In this document: one piece after another, positions 15,393-25,566 of the stretch | Numbering within the stretch: position 1 is the stretch's first letter | How the letters are laid out: every line of letters begins with the position of its first letter | Assembly (NCBI GenBank): GCA_019233825.1 | Contig: JAFAMB010000086.1 | Span: 1-40,147 of the forward strand | Reading direction: 5' to 3' | Source of the DNA: Verrucomicrobiota bacterium | GTDB taxonomy: Bacteria > Verrucomicrobiota > Verrucomicrobiia > Chthoniobacterales > JAFAMB01 | Length of the DNA stretch: 40,147 bases | The notes under the pieces: model-generated | The model's database searches: none | Told to the model about the DNA's origin: nothing | What the model saw: the letters and a program-made list of their open reading frames with translations, nothing else | Program-made: the position numbers and the translations under genes

Positions 15393-16544
15393 CTAACCCG
15401 CGCGGTGCTGGATATTCGCGCTAAGCTCCGACTCGACTCGCTCGATCACGGCTGCTGCGCTCACCTGAGCCATGCATGCGTGGCCATGCGGGCATTGCGA
15501 CAGTCGCCGGAAATTGCATGGCGAACAAGCCAAGTCGGCGCGCACCACGGCGCGTGGGCGACGATACGGACCGATCTGAACCGGATTCGTCGGGCCGAAT
15601 ACGCTCACTACCGGACGCTCCAGGGCAATGGCGAGATGCATCGCGCCGGAATCGTTGGTCACGCAAACGGCGGCTTGCTTCACAAGGGCAGCGAGTTCGG
15701 CTGCAGTGGTGCGACCGGAATAATCGATCGCGCCACCGCAAAGTTTTGCGATCTGCTCGCAGGGCAGCCGATCGCGTTTGCTGCCCAAGACCAATACGCC
15801 GAACCCCTGTGTTTTGAGCCATCGGCCGACTGCCGCAAACCGCTCCGGATGCCAGTGTTTCGTCTCCCAAGTCGTTCCGGGAACCAGTGCGACGAATCGG
15901 TGTAGCGCATTGTGTTCGAGGAACCGTTGCGCGGCCTCCTCAATCTCGGCGGACAAATAAATTCGGGAATCGATGGGGGAGTCATCCAAGCCGAATATCG
16001 GAATGAGCCACAGGTAGCGATCGATTGCGTGGACGTCGAGCGTAGGAATAGGGATGTGATGTGAGTAAGCAACCCAGGATCCTTCCCGTGCGCCCGTCCA
16101 TCCGTGTCTGGGAATATTCCTCAACGCGTGATGCTCTGCCGTCGATCGCGTCCGGCGGACAGGCCGGCCAAAGCCAACGCGCACAGGCGCACCGGTTGCA
16201 AGCGTTATGAGCGCCGAGCGCATTTGACCGTGCAAATCGATTACCAGGTCATAGTTGGCTTCGCGGAGCTGCCCGAGCAGCCGCAGCGGTTCCGTTGTCG
16301 CCGTCCAATCGCGGCCAAGTTGACCAAACTTTTGCCGGTTAAATAGCACAATGCCTGACAGGTCAGGGTGATCTCGCACCAAACCGGCATTCTCGGGCGT
16401 TATGAGCCAGTCGATCCGGGCAGAGGGAAAACGGACGCGCAGTTTCGGTAATACAGGGATCGTGTGCACGACGTCCCCCAGCGCGGACGGCTTGATCAGC
16501 AGGATGCGGGAGAAATTCTGGGAACTAAGCGATTCAGTTTTCAA
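15393..16544 (-). CDS. Glycosyltransferase family 9 (LPS heptosyltransferase-like)
   Basis: The N-terminal ILLIKPSALGDVVHTIPVLPKL and C-terminal VTNDSGAMHLAIALERPVVSVFGPTNP are typical of RfaF/RfaC-type GT9 enzymes. It has a TTG start at 16544 and no upstream ATG. Confidence 0.88.
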   Translation of the reverse strand: MKTESLSSQNFSRILLIKPSALGDVVHTIPVLPKLRVRFPSARIDWLITPENAGLVRDHPDLSGIVLFNRQKFGQLGRDWTATTEPLRLLGQLREANYDLVIDLHGQMRSALITLATGAPVRVGFGRPVRRTRSTAEHHALRNIPRHGWTGAREGSWVAYSHHIPIPTLDVHAIDRYLWLIPIFGLDDSPIDSRIYLSAEIEEAAQRFLEHNALHRFVALVPGTTWETKHWHPERFAAVGRWLKTQGFGVLVLGSKRDRLPCEQIAKLCGGAIDYSGRTTAAELAALVKQAAVCVTNDSGAMHLAIALERPVVSVFGPTNPVQIGPYRRPRAVVRADLACSPCNFRRLSQCPHGHACMAQVSAAAVIERVESELSANIQHRAG

Positions 16545-16582
16545 ATAGGCACAGGTCGGATTCTATAGCGAAGGAGCCATAC

Positions 16583-17281
16583 TTATGCGCCACGAGCTAA
16601 AAACCGCCCAAAGATTTTTTTCGTCATGGCGGAGAAACGGTGCCGGCTCTGCTCACGGCGTACCACCTGCTCGTCGGTGACCCAATTGAGCTGAATGACG
16701 CGTCGTTCGCCGGCAAAGGGCTTGTGGCCATGCCAAGAGTTGTCACTTCGTTTGAATGCAAGCAGGGTTCCCGCTATCGGGGGCAGCTCGACCACGAGAT
16801 CGTCCAGAGTGTTCTCCGATCGCAGCAATCGCAACCGTCCCCCGTCGCTTTCCCACTTCGAGTTAAGGTAAATCAGCACCGTTATGAGTTTCGTCTTTGA
16901 GTCGGTGTGGACCTTTCCGTCCCTCTCGGAGCACCGACCGCGCACGGTGACCATGCTCGGTCGGCCTGTCAGATCGATCGAAAATTTGCGCTCGACCGCT
17001 GCACGTAACTCGCGACCATTAAGATCGTCGATAAATTCTTTGAACTTTGGTCCGAATGTCAGTTCGCTGAGAGGGAAACTGCCGGCCCTGGTTATTTTCG
17101 GGTAATCGTCACTGATCGCCTCGCGCGCCTGCGGCTTCACAAACTCCGGTACGATGAGATACTCGAATGGCTCTTGCACTAACGGCGTTTGTTCGAACCG
17201 TTCGAGATCCAGTGTCTTCACGCGCCGGGTTCCTTTTTCAATCGAATTTTGAGCTGCGTGACCTGCGCTAGGCTTGATCAT
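16583..17281 (-). CDS. 2OG-Fe(II) oxygenase superfamily protein (prolyl-4-hydroxylase-like)
   Basis: 232 aa with an ATG start. It has HTD (HxD) in KVHTDSKTKLITVLIYLN, then GGRLRLL, then a distal His in SWHGH. Confidence 0.72.
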   Translation of the reverse strand: MIKPSAGHAAQNSIEKGTRRVKTLDLERFEQTPLVQEPFEYLIVPEFVKPQAREAISDDYPKITRAGSFPLSELTFGPKFKEFIDDLNGRELRAAVERKFSIDLTGRPSMVTVRGRCSERDGKVHTDSKTKLITVLIYLNSKWESDGGRLRLLRSENTLDDLVVELPPIAGTLLAFKRSDNSWHGHKPFAGERRVIQLNWVTDEQVVRREQSRHRFSAMTKKIFGRFLARGA

Positions 17282-17388
17282 GTTGAAATGCCCAATTCAT
17301 CAATGACTTTAGGCGCAAGTTCGGGAATTGGAAAAACCAATTTGCGGGTTGACTTGACGAAGATCGTGTTGCCATCGTCGCTGGGCGT

Positions 17389-18927
17389 ATGAAAATTTTC
17401 GCGCTGCTCCTGGTGGTGTATTTGGCAACCACGGCGATGGCACAAGAAGAGAATGTGTTTGGCTATCGTGACGTGGTGCAGATCGCCGAGGCCCTTTCCA
17501 AGCAGCCTTTTGCGCCGCAAAACCAGGAGCTTTCGCCTGATCTTCAGAACTTGGATTATGATCTTTATCGCCGGATCCGCTTTCTCCCGGAACGCTCTGT
17601 CTGGCGAAACCTGCCGTATTGCCTCGGTTTTTTCCATCCTGGCTATTACTACAAGCGGCGTGTGCTCTTTCGAGAGATTGAAAAGGACCGTCTTCGCGAT
17701 ATTCCGTTTTCTCCGGATTACTTTTACTACGATCATCCGCTTATTTTTAGCGGGCATGAGAGCTTTGTTGGCTTCAAGGCTTTCGTTCCGTCGAGCCAGC
17801 CTGGGATTCAGGATGAGTTTATGTCATGCCTTGGAGCGAGCTACTTTCGCGCGATCGCCAAAGGCTTGCACTGGGGACTCTCCTGTCGAGGACTCGCCGT
17901 CAACGCAGGTCTCGGCAGGCCAGAAGAATTTCCGGATTTTCGGGAGTTTTGGATGCAGAAGCCGAACCCGGCGGATGATTTTCTGAGGTTCTACACGCTC
18001 CTCGACAGCGAAAGCGTAACGGGCGGTTATGAGTTCGTTGTCCGATACGATGTGATTACTACAATGGATATCAAGGCGACGCTCTTTGTCCGGAAAAAAC
18101 CGGAGGTACTCGTCCTGGCACCGCTTACCAGCATGTTCTATTTCGGTGGCAATACGGTGAATAAACCGACGCTCAAACCCGACTATCAACCTACGGGTAA
18201 AACTGAATTCACAATGAACAAGACAGACTTTCACCGGCGCGAATTTCGCCCGCAAGTGCATGATTCTGACGGGCTTTTGCTTGACACGACTTCGGGCGAA
18301 AAACTGTGGGCGCCATTGAGCAACCCAAGGTCGGTCAGTGTTCGTCGGTTCTCAAACGTATTGTCTTACTCCTTCGTGCAACGGGATCGGAATCTGAATG
18401 ACTACCTGGATCGGGAAGCAGAATACCATATGCGGCCGAGTGTGACGGTGATTCCGAAAAGTGACTTCGGGCCGGGGTTTGTCCGGCTTCTTGAGCTTCC
18501 AAGCAGCGATGAATACTCGGACAACATCGTGGCCGGTTGGGAACCTCGGAACCCGCCGGCTCCTGGCACGAGTTTCGAATTTGCCTACCAGCTCAAATGG
18601 AGGGGGGACGAACCGGACACGACGCAGTTTCGAGTGCTTTCGACCACCGTGCGGCCAAGTCCGGGTTCCAACGAAACGCGTTTCGCGATCGAATATGGAA
18701 AACCGGAAAACGGTGAAACGATTCCGGTGGCCGAGCTGCGTCCGTACATCCTGGTGGGTCAAGGTGCCCAGGTTAAAGATGTCCAATTCACTCCGACGGA
18801 TAGAGGTTGGCTGATTGGTTTTACAATTTTCAATCCCAATTCTTCCCAGCCTTTGGATCTCAGCTGTGTTATATTACGCCGCGATACATTTTGCTCTGAG
18901 AAATGGCAATATCTCCTGAATATTTAG
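17389..18927 (+). CDS. opgG: Periplasmic glucan biosynthesis protein OpgG/MdoG family
   Basis: 512 aa with a Sec-type signal peptide (MKIFALLLVVYLATTAMAQ) and an MdoG-like block WRNLPYCLGFFHPGYYYKRRV. It pairs with opgH downstream. Confidence 0.82.
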   Translation: MKIFALLLVVYLATTAMAQEENVFGYRDVVQIAEALSKQPFAPQNQELSPDLQNLDYDLYRRIRFLPERSVWRNLPYCLGFFHPGYYYKRRVLFREIEKDRLRDIPFSPDYFYYDHPLIFSGHESFVGFKAFVPSSQPGIQDEFMSCLGASYFRAIAKGLHWGLSCRGLAVNAGLGRPEEFPDFREFWMQKPNPADDFLRFYTLLDSESVTGGYEFVVRYDVITTMDIKATLFVRKKPEVLVLAPLTSMFYFGGNTVNKPTLKPDYQPTGKTEFTMNKTDFHRREFRPQVHDSDGLLLDTTSGEKLWAPLSNPRSVSVRRFSNVLSYSFVQRDRNLNDYLDREAEYHMRPSVTVIPKSDFGPGFVRLLELPSSDEYSDNIVAGWEPRNPPAPGTSFEFAYQLKWRGDEPDTTQFRVLSTTVRPSPGSNETRFAIEYGKPENGETIPVAELRPYILVGQGAQVKDVQFTPTDRGWLIGFTIFNPNSSQPLDLSCVILRRDTFCSEKWQYLLNI

Positions 18928-19484
18928 GGCTGCTGCGGGTTGGAACCAGATCTTCGCCCGAATGGACCGAGGCGTGGGACCGCATCAATGATTATCTGGA
19001 TGCTTTGAAAACGCCGGATAGTCTTGATCGGGATCTCATTCTGCTTTCGAGTTTTGAACGTGCGATTGCCCGTAAACGGCGGGAGCCGTTTGCGCCGGCT
19101 ACCGAACTTGTGTTCGAAGAGGTTCAGAAAACGCTGGACCACGCCCTGAGACACTTGGTTGATCAAAGTGTCCCGGAAGATCGCCGCCCGGTCGAGCAGC
19201 GGGTAAGGCTGTATCTGACCGAGAGTGTTGATGGGAGTCTGCTCGGCCGCACCGAGGAATTGTCAGAGGAAGTTCTTCAAGCCTTACGCGAGGTCAAGCT
19301 CCAGGCCGCGCCGAACCTGCAAGCGGCGAGCGTAACACCTCGCCCGCTGGAATTGTCCAGGGCTGGCAAGAGTGTGGTCAATCTCGCGCAGTGGCTTTCC
19401 CCGATCGGCGCAAATCCCATCATGGGCTGGGTGATCGGGCTGGCTATTCTTGGGCTGCTTGTTTTCGCGAGCCTTTACAGATAG
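18903..19484 (+). CDS. Hypothetical protein with a single C-terminal TM helix (tail-anchored), inserted between opgG and opgH
   Basis: 193 aa. The ATG at 18903 overlaps the end of opgG by 25 nt. The body is helical and acidic, and the C-terminus is IMGWVIGLAILGLLVFASLYR. I recognise no family. Confidence 0.5.
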   Translation: MAISPEYLGLLRVGTRSSPEWTEAWDRINDYLDALKTPDSLDRDLILLSSFERAIARKRREPFAPATELVFEEVQKTLDHALRHLVDQSVPEDRRPVEQRVRLYLTESVDGSLLGRTEELSEEVLQALREVKLQAAPNLQAASVTPRPLELSRAGKSVVNLAQWLSPIGANPIMGWVIGLAILGLLVFASLYR

Positions 19485-19582
19485 CGATTTTTCGACAACC
19501 ATTGAGGGGGTGTCGCGCGAACTGGGGGCGGCGGTAAGGTAAACAGGACCGCAGAGGGGACGGTGGATTTTTTGTCAGGATT

Positions 19583-21715
19583 ATGAGTGGCAACGACAGG
19601 TCAAGGAAACTTGTTGAGCTGATTGGTTCGGCGACTTTTGAAGAGGCATTTCAAAGAAAAGTCCGCCAGCGACGCTGGGGGGTTGCTCTGGTTACGCTAG
19701 GGATTTCTCTGCTTGGCTTGTGGCTGATGTTCGACATTGTGGGCGCCAGGGGTTGGACGCCTCTCGAGGTGGCGGAGACAGGCTTGTTCGGTCTTCTGTT
19801 CACTACCTTGTCATTTGGATTCACTCAGGCATTTCTCGGCTTTCTGGTTCTCGCTGAGGGTCAGGAACCGCTTAAGATAACGAACACACTGGACGAGGAG
19901 ACTCCCCTGGCTTCAACGGCGGTTGTCATGCCGGTCTATAACGAGGATGCGGAGACCGTTTTTGGCAACGTTCGGGCGTTGTACGAGTCTCTGCGGGAAA
20001 GAGGTGAGCTTGATTCGTACGATTTTTATATTCTGAGTGATTCGACCGACCCGGCCAAAGCAGTGGAAGAGGAATTGGCTTGGTCGGACATCTGTCGTCA
20101 GACAAGCGGATTTGGTAAAATCCATTATCGCCGGCGCAAACTTCCCGTAAACCGGAAGAGCGGAAACGTCGCAGATTTTTGCCGTCGTTGGGGTCATCGC
20201 CACCGTTACATGGTGGTCTTCGATGCTGACAGCGTCATGACTGGTGAGGCCGTTTCTGCTTTGGTCCGTTTAATGGAGCGGAATCCGCGAGCTGGAATCA
20301 TTCAAACGATGCCGCGACTGGTCAAGGCCGAAACCCTCTTCGGCCGGATGCAGCAGTTTGCTTCGCGGCTTTACAGCCCTATTTTTGCGGCAGGATTAAA
20401 TTTCTGGCAACAGGATGAAGGCAACTATTGGGGACATAACGCAATTCTCCGCGTTTCACCATTTTTAACGAGCTGCGGGCTGCCGGGATTACCCGGCAAG
20501 GAACCGCTCGGGGGCAGAGTGTTGAGCCATGACTTCGTCGAAGCGGCCCTCATGCGAAATGCGGGGTGGGAAGTCTGGTTCGCTTACGATTTGGAAGGTA
20601 GTTACGAAGGAATGCCACCGAATCTGACCGAATACGTGAAACGCGATCGACGCTGGTGCCAAGGGAATCTGCAGCATATGTGGCTTCTATTGGCTCAAAA
20701 CATTCGCTCGATCAGCCGGATCCACCTGGTTCAGGGAATCCTGGCCTATGCATCCGCTCCCCTGCTGACCTTGTTTCTTCTTTTGGGCGCATTGCAAGCC
20801 GGGCTTGACCATCTGCATGAGAAGTTCGGGATGTTTCCGGCCGCTTCAGCGGCGGTGCTGTTTCTGATGACGTTAGCCCTGTTGTTTGGTCCGAAGGTTC
20901 TGAGCCTGCTACATCTTTTTTCACGCCCGAAGGAGCTTGCCGCTTTTGGGGGCCCGGCCCGGGTACTGCTGGGTGCTATTCTGGAGATGTTGTTTTCGAT
21001 CCTCACTGCACCAGTCCTGGTCTGGTTTCATACCAGGTTCGTCCTCTGGAACATTGCTGGAAAGACGGTGACCTGGCATACTCAGACGCGCGGCGGCGGC
21101 GGGCCAAGCTGGTTTGATGTCGTCTGGGAGTATTGGCCTTTGACCCTGGCTGGAGTTGGACTCGGCGCGGCGGCTTGGTGGATCGCCCCGAGTTATCTGG
21201 CTTGGATTTCTCCGATCCTGCTCGGGTTATTGCTGGCAATTCCAATCGCTAAATTCGGCGGTGGCACCGGCCTGCTTAGAAAGTTGTTCCTAACGCCAGA
21301 GGAACTCTTGCCGCCCAAGGAACTTTGTGTGCGGTCTCATTTGCAGCTCCGCGACGGCGATCAGTTCGTTCACGCTCTCCTTGATCCTTTCTACAATGCT
21401 GTACACGCTGCGCTCCAGCGTCCGCGTGAGAGCAGCACTCCCGCCTTGGACGGGTATGTTGCTTCATTGGCCGCGAGGCTTTTCAAAGAGGGCCAGGATG
21501 CCTTAACACCTCAGCAGAAACGTGCGTTGCTTGGTGATGGCCAGACCTTGGCCAAGTTGCACGACCTGATCTGGAAGACGCCGGCCGCAAGATTGCACCC
21601 CTCATGGGCGAAGGCGCTCGCGCAGTATCGCTCTTCAAAGCGGGGGGCCCGGCCCCAAGCCGCGTCAGTGTCGGTGTCAGTGCCGGTGCCGGTGGTCGGC
21701 GCCAGCGGAAGGTGA
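19583..21715 (+). CDS. opgH: Glucans biosynthesis glucosyltransferase H (GT2, OpgH/MdoH)
   Basis: 710 aa. Motifs: VVMPVYNED, YILSDSTD, VVFDADSVM and RDRRWCQGNLQH (a QxxRW-like motif). There are multiple TM helices on both sides of the GT2 domain. The C-terminal SVSVSVPVPVV tail is read from an oligomer run (21664-21699). Confidence 0.93.
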   Translation: MSGNDRSRKLVELIGSATFEEAFQRKVRQRRWGVALVTLGISLLGLWLMFDIVGARGWTPLEVAETGLFGLLFTTLSFGFTQAFLGFLVLAEGQEPLKITNTLDEETPLASTAVVMPVYNEDAETVFGNVRALYESLRERGELDSYDFYILSDSTDPAKAVEEELAWSDICRQTSGFGKIHYRRRKLPVNRKSGNVADFCRRWGHRHRYMVVFDADSVMTGEAVSALVRLMERNPRAGIIQTMPRLVKAETLFGRMQQFASRLYSPIFAAGLNFWQQDEGNYWGHNAILRVSPFLTSCGLPGLPGKEPLGGRVLSHDFVEAALMRNAGWEVWFAYDLEGSYEGMPPNLTEYVKRDRRWCQGNLQHMWLLLAQNIRSISRIHLVQGILAYASAPLLTLFLLLGALQAGLDHLHEKFGMFPAASAAVLFLMTLALLFGPKVLSLLHLFSRPKELAAFGGPARVLLGAILEMLFSILTAPVLVWFHTRFVLWNIAGKTVTWHTQTRGGGGPSWFDVVWEYWPLTLAGVGLGAAAWWIAPSYLAWISPILLGLLLAIPIAKFGGGTGLLRKLFLTPEELLPPKELCVRSHLQLRDGDQFVHALLDPFYNAVHAALQRPRESSTPALDGYVASLAARLFKEGQDALTPQQKRALLGDGQTLAKLHDLIWKTPAARLHPSWAKALAQYRSSKRGARPQAASVSVSVPVPVVGASGR

Positions 21716-21865
21716 GAACGCGAACTTGAGAGTTCGGCCCATATCGCGCTACTGTTATCGATGGCGGGAGGAGTTATGGGGTCTTGAGGTGGTTTGTCAC
21801 TGACACTCCACTTCGAAACTGCTGCTCGACAAATCGTGAGCGCCCTTTTCTTATCTTCCTTCGCA

Positions 21866-23518
21866 ATGAAACGACTGATCGCCGGAGGGCTTGTGCTACT
21901 GTTGGTCGCGAGTGGAGTGTTCCTGTGGCGGCGGAATCAGAATTCTCTTTCATCAAGTCAGATTGCACCAGCTGATTGCCTGGTCTACATCGAGATGCCG
22001 AACTTGGTTCAGACGGTCACACGCTGGCCTGATACGGCCCTTAGCCAAATTCTTGCCGAGCCATCGGTTCAGCGGTTCCTCCGGCAACCAGTTTCAAAGA
22101 TCCCAGAGAACTTCCAGAAGGCTTTACGGTCGCTTCGAGAGCTGCGCTGCAGCGCCCTTTTCTTCGGGATGACGGACCCGAATTACCAGAGTTGGGTCTG
22201 CGGTTTGCAGACTTCGGCGGATGAAAAAGTCTGGCGACGGGAGATCGGCAACATTTCCGGCAGCCTCTTTGGCCTGACCGCACAAGAATTCGGGGCAGAC
22301 CTGCATAAGCAGACCGGCTCTGGCCCGAGCGAAACCGGCAAAATCGGAGTGCAGACCTACTGCGCAAAGGTGGGATCCTGGATCTTGCTGAGCCGCAGCA
22401 CAGCCTTGTTAAGCGATGCAATTCTAAATGCGAAAATGGCGTCTGGCGGGCTGCGATCGCTGAAATTGTTTCAGGAATGCCGGTCAAAGATTCCAGCGGA
22501 TTACGATATCTTATGTTTCGTCCGAGGTGGACCTTCGATCGATTTGGCCAGTGTATTGCGTTGGCGTTTCCATGAAGAGAAGCCTGGGGAAGCTGCTCGT
22601 GCGGTGCTTGCGGCGACGGCGATTGACGGAACGCAGCTTCGCGACACGATCTTTGCCCTAACTGATACGTCCGCTGCTCCGACCAGTCCATTGGATTGGC
22701 CAGGATTGGCGATGACGGGCCCGACAACGGCCGGTTATTTGGCCACGCGTGTTAGCCCGTCTAAGATTTGGCGGTGGTGTGATCAACTCTCACAGGAATG
22801 GCCTGTTGCCGAAACAATTCGGAATTACATGAGCGAAGTGAAAGCGTTCGGCATTGATCCGCGGGATCTGGATGAGCTGCTTTCCTATGCCGAAGTCGTC
22901 GTTGACCATGATCCTAGCGCTGATTTTTTGAAAGCAGCGTTCTCGCTTGGGGTCACCGATCCAGCAAAATTTCAGCATTTGATCGACCAAGTGGTGACAG
23001 AGAAATTTCCCGATAGTTGCAGAAAAATCGAGGTCGCCTCCGTCCCCGCGTATGCAATGCAACTGAGCGGGAATGCGTCCATTGTTTTCGGTCTGGTCGG
23101 GCACCAGCTTTTGATTGCCTGGAGCGGCTCGGTATTTGCCGAGCTCGTACAGCGGTTGAAGAGCCATAATGCGGGACTGGAAAACAACGCTCAGTTCAAA
23201 GCGATGGCGAAACTGGTGGCCGAACCGACTGACACGTTTGTCTATTTTGACGCCAAGACCGGTTTTGAGAGCCTATATAATGCGTCGAGGCCGATGCTCG
23301 TTTTCGGGGTCGCACTGATTCCGACGATCAATAAGTATATTGACGCCATGGCCTTGCCGCAGACTGCTGAAGTCAGCAAACACCTGAGCCCGATTGTGCT
23401 GTCTCGGCACCGGGTGGCGAACGGTGTCATTGACGAATCGGTAGGACCGATTACGGCCTATGAGGCCTTGGCGTTTGTCTCGGCGGGCGGCGTCGCGATG
23501 GGTTTGTTAGAGCACTAG
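21866..23518 (+). CDS. Hypothetical N-terminally membrane-anchored protein (about 550 aa)
   Basis: I prefer the ATG at 21866 (MKRLIAGGLVLLLVASGVFLWRR, a signal anchor); the track ORF starts at 21794. I could name no diagnostic motif. Confidence 0.55.
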   Translation: MKRLIAGGLVLLLVASGVFLWRRNQNSLSSSQIAPADCLVYIEMPNLVQTVTRWPDTALSQILAEPSVQRFLRQPVSKIPENFQKALRSLRELRCSALFFGMTDPNYQSWVCGLQTSADEKVWRREIGNISGSLFGLTAQEFGADLHKQTGSGPSETGKIGVQTYCAKVGSWILLSRSTALLSDAILNAKMASGGLRSLKLFQECRSKIPADYDILCFVRGGPSIDLASVLRWRFHEEKPGEAARAVLAATAIDGTQLRDTIFALTDTSAAPTSPLDWPGLAMTGPTTAGYLATRVSPSKIWRWCDQLSQEWPVAETIRNYMSEVKAFGIDPRDLDELLSYAEVVVDHDPSADFLKAAFSLGVTDPAKFQHLIDQVVTEKFPDSCRKIEVASVPAYAMQLSGNASIVFGLVGHQLLIAWSGSVFAELVQRLKSHNAGLENNAQFKAMAKLVAEPTDTFVYFDAKTGFESLYNASRPMLVFGVALIPTINKYIDAMALPQTAEVSKHLSPIVLSRHRVANGVIDESVGPITAYEALAFVSAGGVAMGLLEH

Positions 23519-23535
23519 CGATGCAGGCTTCCAGG

Positions 23536-24423
23536 TTACAATACGGGACGTTTCTTCAGCATCGTAACGAAGGCGCGCGCTGCGGCCGGCTGGCCCCGGG
23601 TTCTGCGCTGTACGAGACCAATTGGCCGCCACATATCAGAACACTCAATCTCTACCGGGACAAGGCTACCAAGCTGGCGTTCTTCTTCGACTGTCGTCAG
23701 TGGCACAATCGAGATTCCATGTTCAATTTCGACTGCCCGCTTCAACGTTTCGATGCTGTCAAATTCCATGATTCGCCGAATCGTAACTTTGTTCGTCTTA
23801 AAGATCCGATCGATCGCCTTGCGGGTCGGTTGATCGAAAGCGAAGGAGATAAAACGTTCGCCGTTCAACGCAGTAATAGAAACACTGCGATGCTTGGACA
23901 GCCGGTGGCTAGGCGCACAAATCAGCACCAGCTTATCTTTCCAGCAACTCTCTACGGTCACCCCTTTGCGACGGCTGGGGAACGCGACTAACCCCAGATC
24001 GGCATTCCCGTCAGCGACTCTCTGGTAGACCTGTGCGGAACGAAGATATTCAACCATCACTTCGACCGCGGGGTGGGTGTTGCGAAATAGCTTGAGGTTT
24101 CTAGGCAGCTCATGGAGGCCGATGCTTTGGACTGTCGCAATCCGCAACTCCCCACTAACAATCGTTTGTAGCTCCTGCAGCCGATCGCTCAGCGTGTCGT
24201 AGGCGTGCAAAATTTCTCTACTGGCTTGCAGAAAGACCCGGCCCTCTACAGTCACCGAAAAGGTTTTTTTGCCGCGTTCGATCAGCTCGACTTTGAACTT
24301 TTCTTCCAGGGCACGAATCTGCTGACTAACTGCGCTCTGGGTGACGGCATTTAGCTCGGCTGCCTTAGAAAAACTTGCTGTCTCAACCAGATCACAGAAG
24401 ACCTTGAATGTTTCAATCTGCAT
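23536..24423 (-). CDS. LysR-family transcriptional regulator
   Basis: The N-terminal HTH reads IETFKVFCDLVETASFSKAAELNAVTQSAVSQQIRALEEKF, followed by a LysR substrate-binding domain of the expected length. The ATG is at 24423 (the track TTG is at 24429). It is divergent from yggS. Confidence 0.92.
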   Translation of the reverse strand: MQIETFKVFCDLVETASFSKAAELNAVTQSAVSQQIRALEEKFKVELIERGKKTFSVTVEGRVFLQASREILHAYDTLSDRLQELQTIVSGELRIATVQSIGLHELPRNLKLFRNTHPAVEVMVEYLRSAQVYQRVADGNADLGLVAFPSRRKGVTVESCWKDKLVLICAPSHRLSKHRSVSITALNGERFISFAFDQPTRKAIDRIFKTNKVTIRRIMEFDSIETLKRAVEIEHGISIVPLTTVEEERQLGSLVPVEIECSDMWRPIGLVQRRTRGQPAAARAFVTMLKKRPVL

Positions 24424-24481
24424 CAGCAAAAGCTTTGATCATGCGCCGCGCTCAGAATAAGTTCAGCTAATAGACGAGTCA

Positions 24482-25174
24482 ATGGAGCCCAACATTGCTG
24501 AAAATCTTGAATCGGTTCGAGCAGGCATCAATGAATCGGAGCGAAGATCAGGCCGACCGGCCGGGAGTGTCGAACTGATAGCTGTCAGCAAAACACATCC
24601 TCCTGAGGTCGTCCGACAGGCTATTGAAGCAGGTCAGTTGCTATTTGGCGAGAACAGAGTGCAAGAGGCGAAAGCGAAGATCCCTGAGTTGCCGGAGAAG
24701 CTACGGTGGCATTTGATCGGGCATCTGCAGAGTAATAAAATCCGGCAAGCGTTACCACTTTTCGAGATGATCCAAAGCGTGGATTCAGTGGAGCTTCTGA
24801 ACGAGATTCAGCGTATTGCGGGAGATCTCGGTCTCTTTCCACGGGTCTTGCTACAGGTCAATGTGGCCGGGGAATCTTCCAAATTCGGGTTTTCGCCGCA
24901 AAGGCTATTATCGCAGGTGGAACAGATTTCTCGCGCTGACCGAGTTCAAGTCGAGGGACTCATGGCGATTCCGCCCCTGGCGCCCAGCCCGGAAGACTCC
25001 AGGAGATACTTTGTTCAATTGCGGCAACTCCGCGACCGGTTGGAGATGGAGTTCCGATTTCCGCTACCGCATCTGTCGATGGGAATGAGCGGAGACTACC
25101 TCGTAGCGGTCGAGGAAGGCGCAACTTACGTGCGCGTGGGTACGGCGATTTTCGGGGAGCGACGAGCAAAATGA
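24482..25174 (+). CDS. yggS: YggS-family pyridoxal-phosphate homeostasis protein
   Basis: 230 aa. Motifs: VELIAVSKTHP (PLP lysine), FGENRVQEA, HLIGHLQSNK, LSMGMSGDY and YVRVGTAIFG. Confidence 0.93.
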   Translation: MEPNIAENLESVRAGINESERRSGRPAGSVELIAVSKTHPPEVVRQAIEAGQLLFGENRVQEAKAKIPELPEKLRWHLIGHLQSNKIRQALPLFEMIQSVDSVELLNEIQRIAGDLGLFPRVLLQVNVAGESSKFGFSPQRLLSQVEQISRADRVQVEGLMAIPPLAPSPEDSRRYFVQLRQLRDRLEMEFRFPLPHLSMGMSGDYLVAVEEGATYVRVGTAIFGERRAK

Positions 25175-25548
25175 AAATGAGCAATCGATTGGCCCGGAGC
25201 CTTGCAGGGATGCTTGGATTTTTCGGCCTTCTGTTTGGCGTGTTTGGTGCGCACGGTCTCCGAACTTTTCTGGAAAGCCACGGGACCGCCGAATACTGGC
25301 GGACGGGGGTGCTTTACCATCTAGTGCAGGCGGTGGCGCTCCTGGCCTTGAGCGGTTGTCGACCGGTTCCCCGATTTGCATTCTACCTGATTCTAGGCGG
25401 AGTGACCGTTTTTAGTGGATCGCTGTACGCCTTGGCGTTGACCAATTTGAAGTGGTTTGGTGTGATCACACCGGTGGGCGGTCTTGGCATGTTGTCCGGT
25501 TGGCTGACCCTGGCGCTCGCTAAAAGGAATGAAGGGGAGGGGCTATAA
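25171..25548 (+). CDS. DUF423-family small membrane protein
   Basis: 125 aa with 4 hydrophobic helices and FGVFGAHGL near the N-terminus. Its ATGA start overlaps the yggS stop. Confidence 0.75.
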   Translation: MKMSNRLARSLAGMLGFFGLLFGVFGAHGLRTFLESHGTAEYWRTGVLYHLVQAVALLALSGCRPVPRFAFYLILGGVTVFSGSLYALALTNLKWFGVITPVGGLGMLSGWLTLALAKRNEGEGL

Positions 25549-25566
25549 GTCCTAAAGACCTCCCCT
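25533..25566. terminator. Possible shared hairpin between convergent genes (AGGGGAGG ... CCTCCCCT, 18-nt loop)
   Basis: The 8-bp stem arms are at 25533-25540 and 25559-25566, overlapping the 3' ends of both genes. The loop is long and there is no clear U-tract. Confidence 0.25.

Noticed and set aside
21721-21736. The small hairpin CGAACT-TGAG-AGTTCG after opgH, considered as an intrinsic terminator.
   Set aside because: It has a 6-bp stem and no following T-tract, which is too weak to call.
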